Source: Klebsormidium nitens (Eukaryota; Plantae; Klebsormidiophyceae). Taken from it: 64,000 nt of DNA. Both the position numbers and the translations under genes were made by a program. Shown piece after piece: positions 38,350 to 49,246 of the stretch. A model generated the notes under the pieces. It was not told the DNA's origin. It worked only from the letters and a program-made list of their open reading frames with translations, and did no database searches. The stretch's first letter is position 1, and every line of letters begins with the position of its first letter. Where the stretch lies: positions 66,278 to 130,277 of the forward strand of contig DF237188.1 of assembly GCA_000708835.1 (NCBI GenBank), read 5' to 3'.

Positions 38350-38900
38350 TACTGGTTCCGTGCATGAACGCAAGGCCCTTGGGCGCGGCCCACCATGCCG
38401 GGCCTGCCGCAATATTGTTTCACTGGATGCATGGCCGCCACTACGGCACCGCCCCAAACCGTGGTCAGCTGACGGATCGACTCTGATCGGTCTGGACTAG
38501 CCTCGTTGAGTGGCCGTCCGCTCGCGGAGCTCCCCGCCCGTCCACTCAGCAACGTAGTACGGCCGCGCGTAGTCGTGGGGGCCGGGCGCGCCTTTTGGCG
38601 GCTCGCGGCCGCTCTGCGGCACAGAGGGTTTGGGGAGTCCATTATTGTTGAAGCTTTATGGGTTAGGTTTTAACCGCAGATGTTATTTTCAAACAAACGT
38701 ACCCGCTCGGGGCCCTGGGCAAAACTACCGGGCACTGCCCTTATGTATTTTCCGGGCCGAGGCGACCGGCTGTGCCGTCCAGCGCGGCCCGCCAGGTACT
38801 TAACGGCATGCAGAGTCGCCGAGTGACTTTCCGGCCAGGCCTTTTGTGACCGGGGGACAAGACTCGTACTGCATGGGCTAGCCGGGCTCGACAAAAACAG
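38350..38900. promoter_or_regulatory. GC-rich putative promoter region upstream of the zinc-finger gene
   Basis: A CpG-dense non-coding island with several GGCCC/GGGCC (site II-like) motifs, upstream of a plus-strand gene whose ATG follows a 5'UTR acceptor at ~40954. The function is inferred only. Confidence 0.3.
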
Positions 38901-40973
38901 TGGTAGGTTTATTGAAACTTCGATCTGGGAAGCGGTGGCTTTTCACACTGAAGCCGTACGGGCAGCTCACTTGCTCGCTGAAACCGGCACATACGACGGC
39001 TATCTCGACAGGGTACAGCGAACCGCCGGTACAAACCACCTTCTTCTTGGTTGGATTGTGAATAACACCCAGAATAACCCAAATAAGGTTAGCGAGGTTT
39101 CCGGGATCCGCTCGCTAGAGTATCTTTCGTCTGTTGCCGTTTCTCGTCAGGCTTTGAACAGTAGCCCTCCAATGGGAAAGGGCGTCCCTTCAGATCTTGT
39201 TCAGGAAGCTGGCCATATGGAGCCTGAGGAGCCCTGCAAGGCGCTCTGCTAGCAAGCTCGTGTGCTCCCTTGTTTGAAGCTTCTCAAACATCGCTTGGGG
39301 ACTCCGAAGAACGCCCAGGCTACAGAATCTGAGCTATGGGTTCCATTCATCCAAAGGAAGTTGACAGCGATTGCATCGCGTGCTCTCTTTGCCTGAGCTG
39401 ATTGGAGCGAAAGTGCGTTGTGCTTGAAGCACTCTGAGAACTACTTTTCAGGTGAGTTCCAGTTCCCAGATGTACTGGGCTCTTTCAGCTGTGTCTACTG
39501 TGCTGGGCCTTTGCACATACTGAAAGCTGTGGTTCCTTGGAGGCTTCCTAAAACCAGAAACCTTGGTCTGGTTGCTTTTTACAAGACCACCCCGCAGGTC
39601 TTGTGGAAGAGATAAGTCTCTAACGTAAACAAGTTCTGTCAGTGTGTGCTGGCTTTAGCTGGGGCTACACCCTTTACCAGCACCATGAAGAGGGGCTAGG
39701 ACAAGCTTTCTCTTGTGATTCTGGCATTCACCTGTCAGTGTACAGAGGACTTTGTCGACAGTTCAGCTAGCTTGAGGAGTCATCTCGTTTATCTGAGCTG
39801 CCTGTGTACCATTATGTGAGGTCGTGCATTATCCTAGCCGTTCCCTAGTCTCCAGTCATCAGTCTGTATGTCAATGCTTTTGATGAGTTTGACTCGATCA
39901 ACTTACTTATTGTTGTTAGTTGCAAGCTGCAAATCTGACGCCCGGCATTTCCTTGGCATCACATGAGTTGTATAGCTGTCCCCTTCCAGTGAAGCTGCGC
40001 GGAACTGTCCAGCATGGGGACAGTGGGGGTCTGTTTCTGCCAATGCCTGCTCGCAGAGGCTTCGTAGCTCCTTTCCAATCTTGAAAGTTGGTAGTTCAAG
40101 CTCGTTGACAATGCATTCTTGACAGGGAGGTCAGATTCAAAGAGCAGCGTTTGCTGGCAAAAGCCAGCAAGAGATGGACCTAGTGTCATTCCAATTGTTG
40201 CAGCTTTCGAACAGCCATGCTTTCCATCTTTCAGATCAGGTGCTTGGTACTGTGATTTAGAATAGGAAGTACTTCAGGCTTCTTCAAAGGTCCATTAGGT
40301 TCATGCGGTTCGCCAATGTGCAAGGAGGCCAAGCATGCGGCCTTTGTTTGGGTAGAGGGTCATTCCATGTGCGTTGTTACCGGCATGTCCGCAGGCTGGT
40401 AGTGCTGGCGCTAGACCCCTTGCAATTGGGCAATATCCATGATTGTGGCAGGTGTTCCTGCCCTGGGGATTGGATTATGTAACTGTATAACCATACATTG
40501 GTCAATGAGCTCTGGGATGGACTGAAGGCTGCCCTGCTGCTTCTGTATCATGTCTGGCAGTTACGTAGCATTTGCCAGGTCAGCCTTGCTAGGCGCAGCT
40601 CATGCTTGCAAAGGGCGCTTTCTTGTGTCGGGGTTGATTGCACTGCCAAAGAGACTGTGAACTGCTTTCTGGGTCGTACTCTCAGGCCAGGAATGAATCT
40701 CAGTTGGCTGTCTGGCATGCTAATGAAAGCCAAGAGCATGCGACCTGGCTTGTGACGCAAGGACTTGCCTCTACTGGCGGAGTCTGCAGAACTCTCTGTT
40801 AATTCTTCCTTTCTATCCACTCTTGGAAGCAGTGTCCAAGACAACTGGGAAACAGAGATGCTCTTCAATGACATTCACTCAGCCAATCACAAGGACATTC
40901 AATTATGATTTGGCAGGTGTACCCTTTGTGATTGATTACCTGCCTGATCTGCAGGTATCTGCAACAGAACCTC

Positions 40974-43900
40974 ATGGAGGACGCAGTCGACAAAGCAGAA
41001 AAGCCAGCAGGTGCAGGTCTGGAATCCCCGCCAGCTGATCCTCCCAGCAACCCCAAGGACATGGAGACTGAAGACGAGACCAGCAACGCCTCAGCCTTGC
41101 CTGAGGGCTCTGCTGTGGTGGCAGACGCTGCATCAGACCTGCTCCCAGCAATTCCGATAAAGAAGAAGCGCTCCCAGATGCGCACGCGTGATGACGGGGC
41201 GGCCAAGTGGAAGGGCCCCGTGCTGGATGGGGCCGCTGCAGGCGCAGCCGCAGTCCCAGTGGAAGTCAAGGTGGAGGAAGTGGGGTCCGAGGCAGAGAGC
41301 GAGGATGTGCGGGGGGAGGCGCAGCCGCCAGAGCGGCCGGGAGAGCGGCGGCTGGCCAAGCCGGGGACCACCATCAACGGCAAGGGGCCACTGCAGGTGT
41401 GCTCCATCTGTGGCTTCAAGAGCCGCCACGGCCCTGCGCTGACAGCGCACCAGAAGGGCCACAAGAACGAGAAAGCGCCGCGAGTGGAGAAGCGCAAGCA
41501 CAAGCTGCTGGCGGATGTGGTGGAAGCGGAGCGCAGCGATAAGAAGGGGGTGAAGAGCGAGCAGTCGGAGGGGGTGGCGGCGAGCGAGGGGGAAGACGAC
41601 GGGGAAGAGGTGACACAGGAAGGTGGGGCAAAGGGGGAGGCGTGGGGCGCCAATGTTTGTAATATCTGCAACAAGAAATTCAAGAATGACAAGGCGCTGT
41701 TTGGGCACAAGGGGCGCGTGCACAGTAACCACAAGCAAGAGCTGGAGAAGCAGGCCGCTCTTGCAGGGGGGCCGGAGCGCAAGGTGCGGCGGCGCGGGGG
41801 CGAGGGGAAGGGCCGCAAAAGGGCGGCGAGCGAGGAGGGGCGGGGAAGCGAGGAGTATGTGTCGGCAGAGGAGAACGAGCTGAGCGGGGATGAGGGAGGG
41901 CCAGGAGAGGAGAATGAACAGATGGAGATGCTGCAGGCGGCCGAGGTTCTGATGGCGGTGGGGTTTTTCAAACGAGACGATGAGAAGAAGGAGGCGTGGA
42001 AGAAGGGGGGGAAAGGAGAGAAGGTCACGGAGGAGAAGGGGAAGGGAAAAGATTCCACCGGGGCTGCTGAGAAAGAGACTGAGGGGCAGACAGAGGGCAA
42101 GAAGGGCGAGGCGGAGCCTGCTGCAGCGGGCGAAAAGGCGACAGGGCCTGCGGAGAAGGACGAGAAGCTCGCTGATGGTGGCCAGGAAGAAGGGCGCGCA
42201 GGCGGAGGTCAGACGCAGGATGCGAAGGACACTGCAGCACAGGCGGAGGGGGAGACACCAGGAGTAGGGGATGGGGACACTGGAGATGAGATCAAGGAGG
42301 GGGGCCCTGTGGAGGAGGCTGCCCTGGCCCTGCCGTCCAAGAGAGCGGAAGCAGCGGACGAGAAGGCCGCAGGAGAAGCACCTGGCAAGGAAGACCCAAA
42401 GGACGAAGGGCCCCCTGGCGCCGCACGGGACGACGAGCCTAAGGGTAGCCAGGGGCCGGAGGGGGCAGAATCGATGGACACCTCTGATGCGCCCAAGGAG
42501 GACGCCAACGGGGCCTTCAAGGGAGATGGCCCCCAGGATGCTGTGGCGCCTTCTGCCCCTGTTGAGGTAGCAGCCTCAGAGCCTCAAGACGGGCCAACCC
42601 ACAAGCAAGCGGAGGGGGTGACAGTGGCAGCAAAACCAGCGGGGGTGGACACTGATGGCCCTCAGGGGGTTGAGGAAGCAGAGCGTGAGCCCCCTGCTGC
42701 GACGCCTGTGAAGGGAGTGCCAGAGGAGACCGCGGTTGCAAGGGGGCAGTCAGAAGGAGTAGCTGCCCCTGTGACAGAGGCTGTCGAGCAAGCCGAAGCC
42801 AAAGATGCAGTCATGGCAGAGGCAGAAGGAGAAGCGGTTGCGGATGAGATGGAGGTGGATGTTGAGCTTGAGCTGGCCTCCCCGCCTGTGGAGCTGGAGC
42901 CAGAGGTGCCAGTGGCACTCGACTTGCCTGCTGGAATCAAACAGAGCGCACCAGGGCTGGCAGCAGCAGCAATCGAGCCAGCACCAGTGGCGGGAGGGGC
43001 GATGCCCGAGCAGAAAGCGACGGTGGGAAAAGGTAGGACACGCCGCGGGGCGGCGGGGGGCCTGCCTGGAGGAGCGAAGGAGGAGGGAGATGCAAGAGAG
43101 CAGGTGAGCGCTAAAGCAGTGTGTGATAGGTCGACTGTTCGTATGCCTCCTTCCCTGCCAGATTTTATGGGTGACCGCACCTTGAGGCCTCCTAACTGCC
43201 GCAATAAAAGCATAATAGGACGACTCGGGGATGGTTCGAGTGCTCTGCCTATCATGAGTCGATTTTTCCTAACCGTTATTCAGCGCTGTAAGTGATGAAC
43301 AGTCAGCAAAGTTCTGGTTGACAATGTGGCTTCAATAACATAGCCTGAGCATGTTATGCAGTTGCACTGCGGCTAAGCCTCTAAGTCCAGAGGCTTTTAC
43401 TGCTGTTCAACTTGAGATCTGTCAGAGTAGTCTGCTGTGGACTTGAGCACCTGCTCAATAGAGCTCTGTCTGTCTTCTCAATGCAAGAATGTTCCTTTTC
43501 ATGTCAAACTCGTTAAGACTTTGTCTACTGCTGTCAGTACCAGCAACTAGGAATGCAGCACCTAATGCACCGCCCTTCACCTGACCTCTCTCCTCGTTTC
43601 CCCTGTCCAGGCCACCATGGCCCCAGTTCCTAAGAAGGCAAGCGCACGCTCCCCCAAGCTGCGTCGCCACGTCCCAGAAGGCCCCCTGCCCCTGCCCGCG
43701 CTGTGGTCCGAGAGCCAGGAGGATGCGCCCCTCGCGCAGCCCCTGGCGCGCAGCAGTAGCAGGGGCTTCAACACCGCCCACAAGTCCAGCATGGTGCACG
43801 CACCCTCGCCCCAGCTCATCCTAGCGGACGGGCCCGCTCTCGCCGTAGTGGGTACCGCAGAGCCAGGAGGGGGCTTTGCCACCGAGGTGGTGCCATTTGC

Positions 43901-46900
43901 TGCCCACCCAACTTCATTCGAGCCTTTCCCGGAGAAGGGGATGCATGACCTGGGGGCGTACGTGGAGGCGCCAGCTGTCCTGGGGGCGGGGTTGGCTGGC
44001 CCGCTCCGGCCTGCCTCCTTGGGGCGGTGGTTCTCAGGAATCCTCAAGAAGGTGGTCCCCATGGGGGGCAAGGCGCCCTCAGATCACGAGCTGGCCAGCG
44101 CCCCTGCCGAAGGGGGCCTGGGCCAAGCAGACATGCCGGGGGGTGCCGCAATGCAGGGGGAGGGGCCAGGGGGGGCGGTTGATGAGCCCAACCTGGGAAG
44201 CAGCGAGCCTGTGAGTGGACCCTCAGAACCCAGCAAATATGTTCCAACACTAGAGAGCGGGCCTGCGAGGGATGGGACAAGGGGCGAGCCTGGGGGGGAG
44301 GCCGGGCAGGGGGAGACAGGGGCAGGCCAGGAGGTGAGGCAAATGAAGGCTGCATCGAATGAGGAGGCGACTCCTGAGGAGAAGCAGAACACCAAGCCCG
44401 CTGCAGAGCAAGAGGCAGGGCAGGAAGGTGACCCAGAAGTAGAGGATCCGCCTGGTGATCAAGTAGTCACAATGGAGGACGCGGAGGGGCTCGCTCAGGA
44501 GGCTGTTGTTGCAGCAGGCACAGGCAGCCAGCCCCAGACCTCTCTGGAGCCAGGCAATCTGGACCATGCAGCGGTGGTGGGGCTGGAGAGCGGGGCACCG
44601 CTGGGGCTGCCAGAGGGCAGGCCTGCCGCAGCCACAGAGCAGCCTGCCGCAGATAAGGAGCCGGCGCCAGCTGGCGGGGCGGGAGAAAGCGTGAGCGACA
44701 GCGATAGTGAGCGGCGGCTGAGTGACCAGCCCATCATTCCTGTCAAGGCGGCCAAGAAGGCGGCCAAGGACAAGGCGGGCAAGGCGCCCCGCGCCAAGAA
44801 GAGCAAGAGCAAAGCGGCGCAGCGCGCGGAGGAGGAGCGCCTTCTCGCTGCCAGCGGGCTCATCCTGCCGACCGCCCCACCCAGGGTGGTGCAGGCGGAG
44901 CATCTGACACTCATGGCGCCCAACACATTGGCGCCAATGGCACCGAGCTACGGCGGTGTCAATCCTGAGAGCGAGGCCGGCCAGGAGGGCGGCCTGGCGA
45001 GCTTGTACAACGCGGCCAGGGACATTGTGGCGGACTTGCAGCGCGCGCGCAGCCGGCGGACGACCGAAGGGGGCAGCGGGGCGGATGTGGCGGCTGCGGT
45101 GCGGGATAAGGTGCGCGAGTACTTCCAGTCCAACCTAGTTCGCTACCAGCGCTCCTTGGACGACCTGGACGACTACGACTTCATTGTTACGCCAACTGCG
45201 GGAGAGGGGCGCACACGCGACTGGGAGGTCGAGTTTGAGGCGGCGCCCAACGTGGCGGGCCTGCTGGCGGTGCTGGCCGAGTTCGACCGCGAGTATGCGG
45301 CCGTTAATGCAGCCGTGGTGGAGGCGACCAGCAAAGTGGTGGAGGCAGCAGCTAAACCCCCTGCTAAGAGGGGCCGTCCCAAGAAAACGTCCACCGGGGA
45401 AGGACCCGCAAAGAAAGCACGGGGGGAGGCAGTGTCGGATCCGATGTGGCAAGACGTTGGGGCCCAGGGCGTCACGTCTGCCGGCGGCGCGGGGGAATTG
45501 AGCGAAGCGGGCTTCTCGTCGTTTTTGGAGGCCATGGGGTCGCAGCAGTCGGCAGGAGACTCCATGGGAGGGGCCGGGCCAGACAGCGGCCAGGGCGGCG
45601 ACTCACACCTGGGGGGAACGCCGGGCTTCCCAGGGGGCCAAGCTGTAGCGCAGCATGTGGCGGGGGTGTACGACTTTGGTGCAAAGGGACCCCCCCCTGT
45701 GACGGTGGTGCAAGTGGGCAAGCGCGGCGGCAAGAAGTCCCCCAAGACCGTCAAGGCGGATCCTCTAGAGGGCCTGATGAACTTCCCCGTGTCCCAGGCA
45801 GCTGCGCGCGCGCCCGCCCAGATGCTGAGCGTGTACGCGACCAAGCCGCGCAAGAACGCGGCCGTGACGCTGACGTCGGAGCGGCAGGCGGCGGACCAGT
45901 ACCCGCAGCAGATCGGGGACAGGCTGGTCGTGTCGGAGGAGGGGGCAATCCTAGAGCAGGTGAGTAAAGCATCTGGGACCCAATACCTCGCAACCTGGTG
46001 CAAGTGTCGGGAGGCGTGTGCATGTCTTCCGAACCAAAGCTCTTTTAGTCGAACACTTCGACGGTCGACAGGGAACCAGTCTCGATGTGGTACTCTTCTT
46101 CCTTCTGGTCAGAGGCGAACGTGCTAACAATGCAATTGTGGCAATTACTCAGCTTCACTTTCATGACCTATGCCGGAACAAGATGCGAGCCATTCGGTGT
46201 GACAGTCTGCGCTTTAAGAGTATTGTCCATGGCGCAAAGCTTAATTCTCTTTTTCGTGCAGGTGACGGGCAGCGGCGTGGGCCCGCTGCAGGTGATGCAG
46301 CGCGTGGGCGACCAGCTGATCCTGCTGCCGTACCGCAAGGCCGCCGCCGTGAAGCGCCAGCTGCTGCGCCGCGAGAAGGCGCCCGTGCAGGTCGTCACCA
46401 AAGCGCGCCGCGCCAAGGAGCGCACGCTCGCCAAGAAGGGCCTCCTTGCGGTCGCAGGGGCCGCGTCGGCGGGGCTGACGCCGCCCCCCTCGGGGAGCAC
46501 GTCCTCGGGCGTGGCGCAACCCGCAGAAGCGAAGCTGGCGGCAGAAGATGTGACGGAAGAGCAGCTGAGGGCGGCACTGGGGCTCTCCGGCCCGAGCGAG
46601 GGAGGGTCAGAGTCGCTGTCGTGGATGGGGGGGGCCAGTGGGGCCCCGGCAGAGAGTGGGCTCGACCCGGGGTTTCAAGCAAGCAGCGCGCCTGATCTGA
46701 TGCCGGCCTCAGGGGCTTTGCAAGGGCTGGGCCAAGGGTTAGGGCAGGGTTTGGGGCCGAGGTTTGACACGGGCTTAGGGCAAGGTTTAGGGCCGGGGTT
46801 TGACACGGGCGCAGCGTGGGGCGGGCAGCAGTACGGGGCCCCTGGAGCGCAGCACTTCGGAAGCCAGAGCACGACGGGGGGTGCTGCGACTCTCAACTTC

Positions 46901-48747
46901 GACCTGACAGGAGAGATGGACCCTCTTGCGCTCCCTCTAGATACGGGTGCCAGCAACCCGCCTGCAGAGGGACTGAGGCAGCCAAAGCGGGCCCCCCAGC
47001 CCAGAGGTCGAGGGGGAGGGGGGGGCACGGGGCTCCTGGGGGGTAGCGAGCAGTGGGAACTGACAGAAGGGCAGAGGAAAGAAATTGACATTCGCAGTGA
47101 AGATGAGGAGTCGGAAGAGGACCCAGCCCAGGGTGGGGGAAAGCGGAGCGCGGATGCGGCGTTCCTGGACGAAACTGGCTTGGAGGCTCCTGCTGAGAAG
47201 TGGTTTCCCGAGCATGCCGTGAAAAAGCGGAGGAAGTTCCTCGAAGTCGGTCTCGAGGGCGGGGCTGCCAAAGGTGGGGGGCAAGAGACACTTAGCGTGC
47301 AGCTTCCCTTGTCAGAGAGGCGAGAGGATGACAAGCCCCGCGAACGGAACCTATCCATCCGTGGGGGTGGCATCGAGATGACCAGGAAAATTGCCCGGCG
47401 GCCGCGGAACAACAGCGCCACCTCTCCCGGGGCGCTGAGCCCCTTCGCCTCCGCGGCAGAGCAAGGGCTGCCCAGCCCGGCCTCGGCTGTGACCCCCCGG
47501 CAAAGCAAGCGGCTGCGCAATCCTCAGACCCCAACCTCCCAGGAGGAGCCGCCGAAGGCCCCTGAGCCACCAGTAAATGCGGCACCGGCGCCTGTTCCGG
47601 TCACCGTCACCCAAACCATAACCCCGGCGGATGTCGTGCTCCCTGCGCCCGGCCAAGTCGTTCTTGCGCCGCCCGTGCCGGCCGTGCCGCGCCCGCCCGC
47701 CCCCCCGACGGTGACGATCAACACGCGCGCCGTGCCCATCACCGTACAGGGCCCTCCTCCACGAGCCACGGGGCCGCTCGCCGGCCGCCCCGCGCACCCT
47801 CTCGCCAAGGGCGGGCAGGGCAAGTCCCAGAAGGTGGTCACCCTGGACGCGATCCTGGGGCGGCCCCTGGAGGCGGCGCCCCCCGCGGGGGCGGCGGTGC
47901 ATGCGTGCAGCTGGCCGGGGTGCCCGCGCGTGTTCTCCACGGTGCAGGCGCGGTGCGGGCACATGAGCAGCCACAAGCCGGTCAAGAGCCGCGCCTCCGA
48001 GATGGCCACCAAGCAGGCAGCCGCGCCCGCGCCACCGCAGCAGCAGGGCGGCGGAGAGAAGGTGCTGGACAGCCGCGTCTTCTTCGGGGGGCTCAAGAAG
48101 GACGAGGAACCGGGGGAGAGAGACGGTGACGCGGACGGGGAGGAGGGGCTGCCCGAACAGGGGTGGAACGGACTGTGCCGACTGGTGAGTAGGGGGTCAC
48201 CTGAAGCATTGGTGGAGGGAGAGTAATACCATTCAAAGGACTGGCCGCATCAGCTTGTTCTGTTTCACAAAAGGAGGTCTTTCACCTTCTGAACCGTTGT
48301 GCGATGCCTTCCTGTTTGCTCCCATCACTTCTGCAAAAAGTGGTACCCGATGGCTCACAAGATGCATTTTGTATGTTTCAGGTGGGCGACAGCCTGGTGT
48401 GGCTGGACGAGCACGGCCAGACGGTGTCCATCCGCTACGTCTGCACGGAGCCCGGCTGCAAGCGGCGCTTCAAAACGGTGCAGGCGCGCAGTGCCCACGC
48501 TCGGAGCCACCGGGGGGAGCGCCCCTCCAGTGGGGGCCTGCCCGAGGAAGGGAGCCCCGCGGAGGGGTGGCGCAAGATGTTAGAGGACGGGGGGGAGGAC
48601 GAGGAGGAAGAAGCGGACGAGGACCCCCTGCGGCACCTGCTGGAGAGCGAGGGGGGCAGGGACGGGGAGGCGGGGGGCGCCGACCCTGCCGGCCAGGATT
48701 TTGGCGGGGGGGTAGGGCCGGGCCCGCAAACTACCCCACAACACTAG
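40974..48747 (+). CDS. Very large (~2255 aa) low-complexity nuclear protein with four dispersed C2H2 zinc fingers and an AT-hook-like motif
   Basis: Exons 40974-43103, 43611-45959, 46262-48184 and 48382-48747, all with phase-0 GT-AG junctions. Fingers are CSICGFKSRHGPALTAHQKGH, CNICNKKFKNDKALFGHKGRVH, CSWPGCPRVFSTVQARCGHMSSH and CTEPGCKRRFKTVQARSAHARSH. KRGRPKK is AT-hook-like, and there are several basic NLS-like patches. Confidence 0.85.
46736..46807 (+). repeat. 36-bp tandem duplication within coding sequence (GLGQGLGP[RG]FDT x2)
   Basis: gggttagggcagggtttggggccgaggtttgacacg (46736-46771) is followed by ggcttagggcaaggtttagggccggggtttgacacg (46772-46807). Confidence 0.85.
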
Positions 48748-49246
48748 GGCCAGGTGAGACAGTTTTAGATTTTGCCGCTGTGCTGCCGACTTCGTCGGAA
48801 AGACGAAGAATCACCTTTGATACTTTCAAAGCAGTCAAGTTGTGTAACCAGCTGCTGATGAAAAACTTCTGGTTCGTGGAAGCCAACGTTAGGCAGGCCA
48901 CTTGAACCGGGTCCTGCGCTTTGCTCTGCTGCGTTTGCAGAGTCCCAAAGGCATCTTGTGTCTCACATGCCTTGCTTCCCTGATTTTGACCGCAGTCCGT
49001 CGAACGGGACAGCAAAGGTGCCTCATCCTTTCCTGACGGCTCCGTCTCTCGAATGTGCTCCCAGCGCGGCGCCGCCGCCGGTCCAAACGGCGGTGGGGCC
49101 CGTCGGACGCGGGTGGTCCGCGTCCGTGGGTGAGGCGCGCGCCCCTGGCTCACGTGTACGGCCGCATCGAGGCCCCGAGCGGCCTGGCGGCCCGCTTGAC
49201 CAAGGTGCAAACAACGCCAGTGGCGCGCCCGCACAGGCGGCACGGC

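Noticed and set aside
46730-46800. Telomere-like TTAGGG/TTTAGGG words
   Set aside because: They are isolated copies explained by Gly-Leu-Gly codons in a coding duplication, not a telomeric array.
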